Source: Desulfocapsa sulfexigens DSM 10523
GTDB lineage: Bacteria > Desulfobacterota > Desulfobulbia > Desulfobulbales > Desulfocapsaceae
Reading direction: 5' to 3'
Length of the DNA stretch: 32,000 bases
NCBI RefSeq assembly: GCF_000341395.1
Contig: NC_020304.1
Location: forward strand, 1,140,001-1,172,000
Every line of letters starts with the position of its first letter. The first letter of the stretch is position 1. A model generated the notes under the pieces. The model was not told where the DNA came from, did no database searches, and saw only the letters and a program-made list of their open reading frames with translations. Below, in pieces: positions 20,503 through 29,834 of this stretch. Both the position numbers and the translations under genes were made by a program.

Positions 20503-21410
20503 TGTAAAACCTCCTGCTTGTTCAGGGATTCATGTTCCTGGCGCATGATCAGGCGATGGGCACCAACGGGAGTGGCAATGTATTTCACATCTTCAGGTAT
20601 GACGTAATCCCGTTTTTCCAGATAGGCGGCAGCCCGGGCAGCGGAAGCCATATTGATGGCTCCACGGGTCGATATTCCTGTGAGGATAAAAGGGTGCTCA
20701 CGGCTTGCCAGGGATATCCTGAAGATATAATCAACCAGTTTCTCGGAGAGGTGGATGGCCGCCACAGCATGACGTGCCTCTTCAATTTCTTCGAGGCTGA
20801 CCATGGGCTCAATTTCCATCATTTTCTTTCGAATACCACCATGGCGGATAATGGCCTTTTCGAGCTCTTCCGGGGGATAGCCGATCCCCGTTGTGATCAG
20901 GAATCGATCCATTTGTGATTCGGGTAACGGGTACGTACCAATCTGTTCCACAGGATTCTGGGTGGCGATAACCATAAAGGGTTCGGGCAAAGAATAGGTC
21001 TCTCCTTCTATGGTGACTTTTCCTTCCTCCATGGCTTCGAGCATGGCACTCTGGGTTTTTGGCATGGCCCGGTTAATTTCATCGGCCAGGAGAATGTTGC
21101 TAAAGATGGGCCCTTTGATAAAACGGAATTGGCTCTTTTCCCGATCAAAGATGGACAGCCCGGTGATATCAGAAGGAAGAAGATCACTGGTGCATTGTAT
21201 GCGGCCAAAGGAGAGACCAAGGGCTCTTGCAAAAGCCAAAGCCAGGGTGGTTTTGCCAAGACCCGGTATATCTTCCAGGAGAAGGTGCCCCTCTGAGAGC
21301 AGGGCGATGATGGCCATTTTAAGAGCGCGACTTTTTCCTTGAAGATACTTATGGGACAGCTGTTCAATTAAATTGAGTATGTTCGCCTGATGTGTCAGGT
21401 CTGGGCTCAT
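20466..21410 (-). CDS. MoxR-family AAA+ ATPase
   Basis: LLEDIPGLGKTTLALAFA Walker A, ILLADEINRAMPKTQSAMLEAMEE, ATQNPVEQIGTYPLPESQMDRF. Confidence 0.94.
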   Translation of the reverse strand: MSPDLTHQANILNLIEQLSHKYLQGKSRALKMAIIALLSEGHLLLEDIPGLGKTTLALAFARALGLSFGRIQCTSDLLPSDITGLSIFDREKSQFRFIKGPIFSNILLADEINRAMPKTQSAMLEAMEEGKVTIEGETYSLPEPFMVIATQNPVEQIGTYPLPESQMDRFLITTGIGYPPEELEKAIIRHGGIRKKMMEIEPMVSLEEIEEARHAVAAIHLSEKLVDYIFRISLASREHPFILTGISTRGAINMASAARAAAYLEKRDYVIPEDVKYIATPVGAHRLIMRQEHESLNKQEVLQSILQSVSVPIV

Positions 21411-21457
21411 ATTTTTTCTACCTTAACTTAAGTGATAAAAATTCGTTTTCCAGCAGC

Positions 21458-21589
21458 AATGTCCCAAATTGTGAAACAGGCTCCCAGCCACTCACATTTC
21501 CACCAAACCATAGAAAATACCCTATAATACCCCTCTAAAAAAACAACATTAAAAAGACACAGCAGGGGGAGGCAGTCAATATTCCATTA
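21458..21589 (-). promoter_or_regulatory. Copy B of the three-block conserved upstream element (matches 17449-17545)
   Basis: Blocks aatgtccca (21458-21466), agccactcacatttccaccaaa (21486-21507), cagggggaggcagtcaatattccatta (21563-21589). Confidence 0.6.
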
Positions 21590-21943
21590 CGGCCATCGCT
21601 TTCACCGTGCTCTCCGAAGAAAAAAATTGAGAAAAATGATATTTTTTGTCAGTAGTGTCGGTTAAAGTAAGAAAAGCAAAGCATAATGAATGATCACAGA
21701 TTGTAAGCTATTTGTGTGGCGCCTCCTATTTCTCCGTTCGATCGAATTTTGGTGGCCCGGATGATGACCCAATTTCAGGATATGATTCTGGTCATATGGC
21801 GTTTGACCAACATGAGGTTCTTCGGATGAGACGGTGTGAAGTATGGCATAATGCTATAGAAATACTAACATAAAAAACAGCCACCCCACTCTGTTATCCC
21901 CCGTATTTAATGGTAACTTCCGGTAGGAAGTAAGGAATAAGTT

Positions 21944-23725
21944 ATGAAAGTACGTTGGAAAATCACCCTGTTTTTATTTGTCTTTCTTGTAGCGACTTGT
22001 GTCTACGCAGGTGGAGGAAGCCAGGCATCGCAGCCGACTGGTGGAGCCTTTCCGCCGGATTTTGCAAGTTATCAGGATGCGGATATGACCAGCGTGGGCG
22101 AGATCCTTAAACACCGGGTCAGTCATACGCCATTCAACCTGGTCGCCACACTCATCTTCCTGGTTGCTATCATTCACACATTTCTCAGTAGTAAGTTTCT
22201 CTACTATGCTCATAAATGGAAGGCCGAGCATCAGAAAGAGATCGAGACAGGTCGGGAATCGGAGGACTCTACCCATCTCCTCTCGGAAATATTTCATTTT
22301 TTAGGCGAGGTTGAGGTCGTTTTCGGGCTCTGGGCCGTGGCTCTCTGTGGTGCTGTTGTCTTTTTTTTCGACTGGCATACCTTTGTCAACTATGTTAGCG
22401 GAGTCAATTACACGGAACCGATGTTTGTCGTGGTGATCATGACCCTGGCCTCTTCCCGTCCTATTTTGAAGCTCTCGGAAAATCTCATGAGCCGCATCGC
22501 TGCGGTTTTCAACAGCACCTTGGCTGCCTGGTGGCTGACCATCATGACCCTGGGACCGATTCTCGGTTCCTTCATAACCGAACCAGCCGCCATGACCATT
22601 TCCGCACTACTGCTGGCCCGCAAATGCTATGAGTTGCAGCCCAGTGACAAATTCAAATACGCCACCATCGCTCTTCTCTTTGTCAACATTTCAGTCGGCG
22701 GCACCCTGACTCATTTTGCCGCGCCACCAGTCTTGATGGTTGCAGCCCCCTGGAATTGGGACCTTCCCTTCATGTTTACCACCTTTGGCTGGAAGTCCGT
22801 CATTGGTATTATTATTTCAAACACCATGGTCTTTCTGCTCTTCAAAAAAGAAATTGCCGGCCTGGAAAAGAAATTCAAGATGACCCTGCTCAAGGATGAA
22901 ATCAAAGAGAAGTATATCCACAGCGAATATCTAAAAAAAGACTTGCAGATGGCCGAGGAGCGTATCGCTAAAGATCTCCAGCAAGAGTATGATCTTATCA
23001 AGGAAGCCGCCAGGGAGTCTACCCTGACCGCCGGCTGCTGGAAGGATGATGAAGACTGCACATTGCTTGAAGAGACCTTTGAGCAGGAGTTTGAGAACCT
23101 CAGGATGCAGCAGATGAGTGTCTCAGTGCCGGGCCTGCTCCCCCGGGACAAGCGACCCAAAATGAATGACCCCAACTGGGACAATCGCAGTGGGGAGGTA
23201 CCTGGCTGGATCATGGCCATCCATGTGGCCTTTATGGTCTGGACCATTGTTAATGCCCATTATCCTGCTATCTTTGTCTCCGGTATGCTCTTCTTCGTCG
23301 GCTTTGCCCATGTCACCTGGCCCTTCCAGAACACGGTTAACCTGAAACCACCCATGCTGGTAGGCTTCTTTCTTGGCGGCCTGGTGATTCACGGTGGCTT
23401 GCAGGGATGGTGGATTGCTCCAGTGTTGGGCAGCCTGGGCGAACTCCCCCTGATGTTAAGCGCCACAGTTCTCACCGCTTTTAATGATAATGCTGCCATC
23501 ACTTATCTGAGCACCTTGGTACCGGGCCTGACCGACAACCTCAAGTATGCGGTGGTAGCAGGTGCCGTTACCGGGGGTGGCCTGACCATTATCGCCAATG
23601 CTCCCAATCCGGCCGGACAGGCAATCCTGAAAAATTACTTCAGTAATGGCGTGTCTCCGATAAGGCTGTTGCTTTATGCCTTCGGGCCAACGGTCGTCAT
23701 GACGCTCTGCTTTTTATTTCTCTAG
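21944..23725 (+). CDS. Putative Na+/H+ antiporter (PF07399-like)
   Basis: 593 aa, cleavable signal-like N-terminus, many TM helices, TEPAAMTISALLLARKCYEL, FNDNAAITYLSTLVPG, TIIANAPNPAGQAIL. Confidence 0.75.
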   Translation: MKVRWKITLFLFVFLVATCVYAGGGSQASQPTGGAFPPDFASYQDADMTSVGEILKHRVSHTPFNLVATLIFLVAIIHTFLSSKFLYYAHKWKAEHQKEIETGRESEDSTHLLSEIFHFLGEVEVVFGLWAVALCGAVVFFFDWHTFVNYVSGVNYTEPMFVVVIMTLASSRPILKLSENLMSRIAAVFNSTLAAWWLTIMTLGPILGSFITEPAAMTISALLLARKCYELQPSDKFKYATIALLFVNISVGGTLTHFAAPPVLMVAAPWNWDLPFMFTTFGWKSVIGIIISNTMVFLLFKKEIAGLEKKFKMTLLKDEIKEKYIHSEYLKKDLQMAEERIAKDLQQEYDLIKEAARESTLTAGCWKDDEDCTLLEETFEQEFENLRMQQMSVSVPGLLPRDKRPKMNDPNWDNRSGEVPGWIMAIHVAFMVWTIVNAHYPAIFVSGMLFFVGFAHVTWPFQNTVNLKPPMLVGFFLGGLVIHGGLQGWWIAPVLGSLGELPLMLSATVLTAFNDNAAITYLSTLVPGLTDNLKYAVVAGAVTGGGLTIIANAPNPAGQAILKNYFSNGVSPIRLLLYAFGPTVVMTLCFLFL

Positions 23726-23889
23726 GCTAGAGAGGGGAAAGGACCGTTTCAAATGAAGAGAATTCGCCTTCCAGTAAATAGTTTACCGTTTTACCGATCA
23801 TCTGCCTTTTATGGGTTCGCTGCCGGTTAGTTCGTACAAAAATTAGGGGGTTTTTTAGAAATCACTATGTCATGGATTTCTCCAGCATT

Positions 23890-25308
23890 TCACTTTCTAG
23901 CGTCCTCCACCAGATTTTTATGTAAAGCAGCAACCGCCTTCTGGAAATCTTGTTCTTCAACGACAAACTGGATATCCACCTGGCGCATGCATTTATGCAG
24001 ACCAAGGATATCCACGCCAGCATTGGCTAGGGCGTGAACTGCAGTGGGCAAAACCCATGTGTCGGCCATGTTAGTGCCGATTACGGATACCAGGGCTACC
24101 TTTTTCACCAGGATATCGGCATTGGGAAAAGATTGCTGTATGGAACTGGTAAGTTTTTTGATCCTTCCCAATGGCTCAGCCACATAATGGGTCAGGGTGT
24201 TGGCGTTGCTGTCTTTTGCCAGGTAACGTATTTTAAGATTTGTGAAGTGTTTGAGAAGTTCGGAGTCATGGTCCCAGCGGCCGACCATGTCCTGATCCCA
24301 CACCTCGATGCCGGTAATCCCCTGGCGACTGGCAATGATTTCCACCCTGGCATCCTCACTCTTGTAGGTGTTGGTGATCAAGGTACCGGGGTGATCCGGT
24401 TCAAAGACATTTTTGATTCGCAGAGGGATGTCGGCTTTCCGCATTCCCCGCGCAGCCCCGGGATGAATAGCTTCCATGCCAAGATCCGAGAGCTGATCCG
24501 CCACATCATAGTTGGTATCTCCAATGACCTCGACCTTGTCTGCCCCTACCATATTGGGATCACCACTACTCAAATGGTATTCCTTGTGAATGACCCCTTC
24601 TCTTGCTCCGGTGAGCACAGCAATCCTGCTGAAGGTGATTTCCGTATAGCCGCGGTCATAGGTGCCCATAATACCTTCTTTACACTTGGTATAGCCTGTG
24701 ACAATGGGAAGTTCAGTACTCAGGTCAATATCATTGAAATGTTTTTTTATTACTTCGTCGAAAGAGAGCTGCTCCGTCTCCATCCATCCGGAAAGATCGA
24801 CGAATCGTGCGTTAACTCCTTTGGCGTTCAGGATAAGATATGAATTATGAGCACTGTGAGCTTCGCCAATGGCAGAAAGCATTTCCCGCACTGTCATTAA
24901 GTGTTCACTCAACTGGAAATGACCAAAAGAGCAGAGTCTGGTCAGATCGAGCAAACAGTTGCGAACCCCTTCGATACGCTCTTTGACAAAGCGATCCGCC
25001 TGTATGACATCCAGGCCTAAACCTTCAAATCCTTTATTAATCTCACACATATACTGGCTCACCCGCGAAATGGCATCGCCCCAGGCCCAGGAATCATCGT
25101 CTCTGGAAAAAAGAGAGTATATTCCAGACTTTCTAGACTTTTTATGCTCAAGGAGATCATTGGTTATACCGCTATAGGCAGAAACCACAATGATTCTGTT
25201 ATACAGAGCTTCCTTGGTTCGGGTCCCAAGCAAAACATTGTCAAGCACCTTGTCGAACTGGCTCATGGAGGTGCCGCCGATTTTTTCAACGGTATGGATT
25301 CCCATCAT
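23890..25308 (-). CDS. ask: Ectoine-cluster-specific aspartate kinase (Ask_Ect-like)
   Basis: [28 protein letters not shown]; directly downstream of and overlapping ectC. Confidence 0.9.
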   Translation of the reverse strand: MMGIHTVEKIGGTSMSQFDKVLDNVLLGTRTKEALYNRIIVVSAYSGITNDLLEHKKSRKSGIYSLFSRDDDSWAWGDAISRVSQYMCEINKGFEGLGLDVIQADRFVKERIEGVRNCLLDLTRLCSFGHFQLSEHLMTVREMLSAIGEAHSAHNSYLILNAKGVNARFVDLSGWMETEQLSFDEVIKKHFNDIDLSTELPIVTGYTKCKEGIMGTYDRGYTEITFSRIAVLTGAREGVIHKEYHLSSGDPNMVGADKVEVIGDTNYDVADQLSDLGMEAIHPGAARGMRKADIPLRIKNVFEPDHPGTLITNTYKSEDARVEIIASRQGITGIEVWDQDMVGRWDHDSELLKHFTNLKIRYLAKDSNANTLTHYVAEPLGRIKKLTSSIQQSFPNADILVKKVALVSVIGTNMADTWVLPTAVHALANAGVDILGLHKCMRQVDIQFVVEEQDFQKAVAALHKNLVEDARK

Positions 25309-25697
25309 TCCTCCTCAATCAGCTCATAAGATCCTTCACTGTCGTGGGTCTCACGGCCAGTTACCGGCGGATTAAAGGCGCAGATCAAACGCATATCTTC
25401 TGTACCGCCCCGCAGAATATGGCGGTCATTATTGTTAAGGGCATAGATCACACCGTCGTGGATTTGATGCGTTTCGCCACTGGCCAGATCTTCAATTGTG
25501 CCATTACCCGCGACACAATACACCGCCTCCAGGTGGTTTTTATACCAAAGCCTAAGCTCTGCCTTAGCCGGGATGATGGTTTCGTGGAAAGAAAAGCCCA
25601 TACCGTCTTTTTTGAGCAACAGCCGGCGTGACGTCCAGCCGTCTCCTTTCACTTCACGCTCAGTTCCCAAAATATCTTTTCTATCTCTTACTATCAT
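25305..25697 (-). CDS. ectC: L-ectoine synthase
   Basis: [47 protein letters not shown]. Confidence 0.94.
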   Translation of the reverse strand: MIVRDRKDILGTEREVKGDGWTSRRLLLKKDGMGFSFHETIIPAKAELRLWYKNHLEAVYCVAGNGTIEDLASGETHQIHDGVIYALNNNDRHILRGGTEDMRLICAFNPPVTGRETHDSEGSYELIEEE

Positions 25698-26971
25698 CAG
25701 AATTCACCTGTCAGGTTTTCTCTTTTTTCCTGGAGGATTTCGCCGATGGATTTGTCAACAATGGCGATACCGCGTAACAATGTTTCTTCATCAATGGTCA
25801 AAGCAGGCAAGAATTTTACCACCTGATCATCGGCTCCGGCCAGCTCAATAACCAGACCATTTTTAAAACATTTTTCAGAAATCTGACCACTCAAGCCATG
25901 CTCTGAAATCTCAAGACCATAGATCATGCCACGCCCACGAACCGATGCGTTCAGTTCCGGATACTTTTCAGCAATGGCCATCAATTCTTTTTCGATGACC
26001 GCACCTTTGTACTTTACAGCCTCGGAAAGATCGATACTGTCCCAGTAATGGAGAGCCTGATGGGAAGCGACGAATGCAAGGTTATTACCACGAAAGGTAC
26101 CGGTATGTTCACCGGGTTTCCACTGGTCAAGATCCGGCCGCATGAGAATAAAAGCCAAGGGCAGTCCGCCACCGATTGCCTTGGACAGACAGACAATATC
26201 AGGCTTTATTCCCGCCTCTTCAAAACTGAAGAAATCACCACTGCGTCCGTTGCCCACCTGGATGTCATCGACAATCAGGAGGATATCAAACTCATAGCAT
26301 ATGTTGGCCAGCTCTTTGAGCCATTCTGTGCTTGCGATATTCACCCCGCCTTCTGCTTGGATGGTTTCCAGAATTATGGCTGCAGGTAGATCCAACCCGC
26401 TGGAATTGTCGACAAGCATCTTGCGCAGCAGCTCAAGGGTATTACAATCCGGCCCGAGATAGCTGTCAAAAGGCATAAAGCTGACATTGGAACGACTGAT
26501 GTACGCCTCATCCCGATACTGACTGTTGCCGGTGATAGCCAGCGACCCCATGGTAAGCCCATGATAGCCATTGGTAAAGCAGACAATATTGGAACGCCCT
26601 TTGACCATACGGGCAAGTTTAAGCGCGGTCTCCACCGCATTGGTTCCGGTGGGTCCGGTAAACTGGATCTTGTATTCCAGATTCCGGGGTTCAAGGATGG
26701 TATCATTGAACTTCTGCATGAACATCTGCTTGGCAACGGTGGCCATGTCCAAACCATGAACCAAACCATCGCTTTGCAGGTATTCGATCATAGCCTGGGA
26801 AATCTGCTCATTATTATGGCCATAATTCAAGGTGCCGGCTCCGGCAAAAAAATCAATGTACTCATTGTCATTCTCATCAACCATGATTGAGCCCTTGGCT
26901 GATTTGAAGATGACCGGAAAGGAGCGGATATAGCCTCGCACCTGGGATTCCATATTTTCAAAAATACGCAT
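25697..26971 (-). CDS. ectB: Diaminobutyrate--2-oxoglutarate transaminase
   Basis: [44 protein letters not shown] Lys region [13 protein letters not shown]. Confidence 0.95.
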   Translation of the reverse strand: MRIFENMESQVRGYIRSFPVIFKSAKGSIMVDENDNEYIDFFAGAGTLNYGHNNEQISQAMIEYLQSDGLVHGLDMATVAKQMFMQKFNDTILEPRNLEYKIQFTGPTGTNAVETALKLARMVKGRSNIVCFTNGYHGLTMGSLAITGNSQYRDEAYISRSNVSFMPFDSYLGPDCNTLELLRKMLVDNSSGLDLPAAIILETIQAEGGVNIASTEWLKELANICYEFDILLIVDDIQVGNGRSGDFFSFEEAGIKPDIVCLSKAIGGGLPLAFILMRPDLDQWKPGEHTGTFRGNNLAFVASHQALHYWDSIDLSEAVKYKGAVIEKELMAIAEKYPELNASVRGRGMIYGLEISEHGLSGQISEKCFKNGLVIELAGADDQVVKFLPALTIDEETLLRGIAIVDKSIGEILQEKRENLTGEF

Positions 26972-26992
26972 ATTTTTCTCCGTGAAAAAAGG

Positions 26993-27514
26993 TTAGTTCT
27001 TGTTAATAAATGTAAAAGGTCCAATGTGCATGAGATGTTCAACAGCTTCAGCGGCACCAAGATCCTCGGCCGTAAAAAATGGCTTTTCTGAAAATGTATG
27101 CTCAGCAGCAAAAAATTTGGCAACTGAACGGAACAGACCGATTGAAGCCTGGTTATCCGGGCTAATGGTCGCCTCAAGAAAATCTGGCCGTACTGCATTT
27201 AGAAGGGAAAGGAGCATGCTTCTGCCCACCCCTTTCCCCTGAAACTTGCGTGCCACACCCACCTGCCAGATGAACAAGGTGTCAGGCTGCCCTGGCGGGA
27301 TGTAAGCTGTGACATAGCCACATGGTATTCCTTCACACTCTGCAATGACGCATGTTTCCTCAAAATGTCTGGCCATCAGGGCATAATAGTAGGTGTCATG
27401 TACTGAAAGCACCTTTGAGTCCACGGCCAGCAACTGCATGGTGGTGGCATCGTAACTTGTTGGAGAACGGAAGCTTATCTGCTTATGCAGGTATTGATTT
27501 TCTTTTTTTGACAT
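26993..27514 (-). CDS. ectA: L-2,4-diaminobutyric acid acetyltransferase (EctA-like GNAT), divergent N-terminal pocket
   Basis: FRSPTSYDA, PDTLFIWQVGVARKFQGKGVGRSML, ATISPDNQASIGLFR, MHIGPF; position in front of ectB. Confidence 0.87.
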   Translation of the reverse strand: MSKKENQYLHKQISFRSPTSYDATTMQLLAVDSKVLSVHDTYYYALMARHFEETCVIAECEGIPCGYVTAYIPPGQPDTLFIWQVGVARKFQGKGVGRSMLLSLLNAVRPDFLEATISPDNQASIGLFRSVAKFFAAEHTFSEKPFFTAEDLGAAEAVEHLMHIGPFTFINKN

Positions 27515-27618
27515 CGTAACTATCTCTTTTCATTTTTTTATTATAAATACTGCAACTTACTTCCTCGAACAGGAGTCTTCCCCTTAGAGCTCCAATTGGT
27601 AGTAGATTTTACTTCAAT

Positions 27619-28803
27619 TTATTGTATCCATTGCCCGGATGTTTTGATTTCAGCAAGATCATCAAGCCAGCCGCCTGTGTCGGTTAATTGCCTGACCAAT
27701 AGTCGGGAAATTTCTTTATTGTGGCCTGTCCGGGCGTGGATCTGTTTCAGTATCAATTTGTTGCCGATACGGCCACAAATCTCGAGTTTACCGATGTTGT
27801 GACCAATGACAAACTTGAATCGTTTGGCATAGCCATCCATCTGCTGTCGGGCCTTATCTACCAGATCAACCCCACGTTTCAGCGGTACTTGAAAATGATG
27901 ACGAACCCGTGAGACAGGCATACACTGGTAGAGATAGTAGGGACTCACCCCGATACGCAGCAGGCCATTCATCAAATCTACAAGAGTTCGCTCATCGTCA
28001 TTTACTCCTTTAAGCAACACAGCTTGATTGTTCACCGTGATACCTGTATTTCTGATGCGACTCACCGCCTCCGCAGCCAACGTAGATATTTCATTAGGAT
28101 GGTTAAAATGAGTTGAGATAAAAAGGGCTTTCTGGCTGTTAAACTTAGCCAGAAGATCAATGAGTTCATCATCAAAAAACCGGATGGGGTAGCTCACCGG
28201 TGCTCTGGAAGCAATACGGACAAAACTAAGATGATCGATATCCTGCAAGGCCGTAAGCATCTGCCGCAGCACCTTGGTGGGTAGCATTAAGGGATCGCCT
28301 CCCGATATTACCACATTAGTGATTTCAGGATGCGATGCGATATATTGTACAGCCTTCTGAAAGTTATGAACGGTTTTGTCGTTTGTCATGCCAACCATTT
28401 TCTTGCGGAAACAGTGGCGGCAATACATGGCACAGTAATTGGTGGCCACAACCAGGGCCGTATATTCATATTTATGTAATACGCCGTTACCCTTATCATG
28501 CCTATCGTCACCGTAGGGATCTTGTGTGGTTTCTCCCATCTGTCCGTTTAGTATTAATTCGTCAGTCTGCGGAATGCAGAGTTTTCGGATAGGATCATCC
28601 GGGTCATTACGATCAATAAGACTCAGGTAATAACGGGGGATATTCATGGGATGAAGGTCTATCACCTTACTCATGTTTCCGCCTTCATCAACAGTCAATG
28701 GCAGATAGTCCTTAAGTCCCTCCACACTGGTGATATTATTCTTCTGTTCTTCCTGCCAGTTCTGTAATTGCCAGTTTATCCGAGCAAGTTGTGTAAATTG
28801 CAT
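27619..28803 (-). CDS. KamA-family radical SAM 2,3-aminomutase (lysine or, more likely, glutamate 2,3-aminomutase-like)
   Basis: CAMYCRHCFRKKMVG radical SAM motif, VVISGGDPLMLP, HFNHPNEIS, NNQAVLLKGVND. Track starts at 28884; ATG at 28803 looks more plausible. Confidence 0.88.
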   Translation of the reverse strand: MQFTQLARINWQLQNWQEEQKNNITSVEGLKDYLPLTVDEGGNMSKVIDLHPMNIPRYYLSLIDRNDPDDPIRKLCIPQTDELILNGQMGETTQDPYGDDRHDKGNGVLHKYEYTALVVATNYCAMYCRHCFRKKMVGMTNDKTVHNFQKAVQYIASHPEITNVVISGGDPLMLPTKVLRQMLTALQDIDHLSFVRIASRAPVSYPIRFFDDELIDLLAKFNSQKALFISTHFNHPNEISTLAAEAVSRIRNTGITVNNQAVLLKGVNDDERTLVDLMNGLLRIGVSPYYLYQCMPVSRVRHHFQVPLKRGVDLVDKARQQMDGYAKRFKFVIGHNIGKLEICGRIGNKLILKQIHARTGHNKEISRLLVRQLTDTGGWLDDLAEIKTSGQWIQ

Positions 28804-29123
28804 AGGTTTCCTTTTAGAAAGTCTTGTATAGCTCTTTTTTTGAACGGCTTCGTTAAACATTGCAAGAATGCTACCTGGAAGCACAACAGAGAGGATGGGG
28901 CCAGAAAGTAATACCTATCTATTTATTTAATTCTGAACAAAAACAGGATGTGACTTATGCAGAAAAAGATGACTGTGCATCTATATAAAGGTATTATAGC
29001 GGTATATTACCAGCCCAGACAAGGCTTCTTGCAACCCAGCCGATACGCCCCCCCCCTGCATGACGCACTTTGACCAATCATTTCACAGAAGCAATGGCCT
29101 GAAACACCAATCCTCTCTGTGCT

Positions 29124-29249
29124 CTAGCAATAATAGCATGTCGGGTTCCCGGCTTGGAGCGGAAACCCTTTTCCAAACTGCCATAATGCCTTATAACTGA
29201 TCGCTGACCCGCTGCGCACATTAACAATGTCTCTGTCGATGGGGATCAT
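29124..29249 (-). CDS. Candidate small ORF, 41 aa (MIPIDRDIVNVRSGSAISYKALWQFGKGFPLQAGNPTCYYC)
   Basis: Read by hand: GGAGG-TGTTAA-ATG ribosome-binding context, ATGA overlap with the stop of the 118-aa ORF upstream. Confidence 0.35.
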   Translation of the reverse strand: MIPIDRDIVNVRSGSAISYKALWQFGKGFPLQAGNPTCYYC

Positions 29250-29602
29250 TTAACACCTCCAAAAGCCCGACTATAACCAGCGACAATAAACACTAGAACC
29301 AAAACACATAAAAGAACAGACATGCCAAAACGATCAGACATCTCTTTTTGATTAGGCAAGCGCAGGCGTCCCTTTTCTCCAACTTGAGGGACCTTAAACA
29401 TTCTTCTTTTCTGTATTTTTTTTCTGTGACGATATATGCAGGCACAAAGAAGACAAGCTATTGAAAACAAACCTTTGGCATAAACATACGCAAAAGGCAG
29501 GATTGCACTGGCAAGAGATCTTTCCCAGACAAACCATCCAGGAAGACAAAGTGGACCGATGTAGAGAACGCCTATCAGGACTGCAGCAAAAATAAGGAAC
29601 AT
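29246..29602 (-). CDS. Small hypothetical membrane protein (118 aa)
   Basis: Two or more hydrophobic stretches (MFLIFAAVLIGVLYIGPLCL; FGMSVLLCVLVLVFIVAGY) separated by a basic segment. No clear SD at the annotated start. Confidence 0.5.
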   Translation of the reverse strand: MFLIFAAVLIGVLYIGPLCLPGWFVWERSLASAILPFAYVYAKGLFSIACLLCACIYRHRKKIQKRRMFKVPQVGEKGRLRLPNQKEMSDRFGMSVLLCVLVLVFIVAGYSRAFGGVK

Positions 29603-29629
29603 AAGAGCCGGGAAGAAGAAAAAGAGATC

Positions 29630-29677
29630 AAGTATTATACAATATATTATTGTACAATATTATATTGTATAATACTT
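29630..29677. promoter_or_regulatory. 48-bp near-perfect palindrome made of three 12-mer units at 15-bp spacing; candidate multi-site operator
   Basis: aAGTATTATACAATATA-TTATTGTACAATAT-TATATTGTATAATACTt; only the 29647/29660 pair does not match. Units TATTATACAATA, TATTGTACAATA, TATTGTATAATA at 29633, 29648, 29663. Confidence 0.7.
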
Positions 29678-29803
29678 ATGCTAATCTGTCAAGTAAGTAC
29701 AATCAAATGGGTGCCTACAAAGCCACACCACTAAAGAAGAGATCAAAAAGTACGAAAACGTCTCACAAACCTATTGCATAGAAGTTTGAAATGCTGAAAA
29801 TCA

Positions 29804-29834
29804 TTGACATTGCTTTTAGTGCAATTAAATTGCA
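29804..29834 (+). promoter_or_regulatory. Candidate sigma70-type promoter (TTGACA-N16-TAAATT) overlapping operator-like TGCAATTAAATTGCA
   Basis: TTGACA at 29804-29809, TAAATT at 29826-29831, palindrome at 29820-29834. Confidence 0.45.

Noticed and set aside
17449-21589. Interpretation of the duplicated three-block element as a cobalamin or c-di-GMP riboswitch, or as sigma-54 promoters.
   Set aside because: The conserved cores of those riboswitches are not present, and TGGGACATT... does not give the GG-N10-GC spacing of a sigma-54 promoter in both copies.
24034-24843. 269-aa plus-strand ORF.
   Set aside because: Antisense to the ectoine-cluster aspartate kinase; likely a by-product of codon bias.
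29124-29249. Idea that the CYYC-ending small peptide is a RiPP precursor for the nearby radical SAM protein.
   Set aside because: The radical SAM gene is clearly KamA-type aminomutase, not a peptide-modifying enzyme with SPASM/RRE features. No transporter or protease accompanies it. Kept only as a small-ORF observation.
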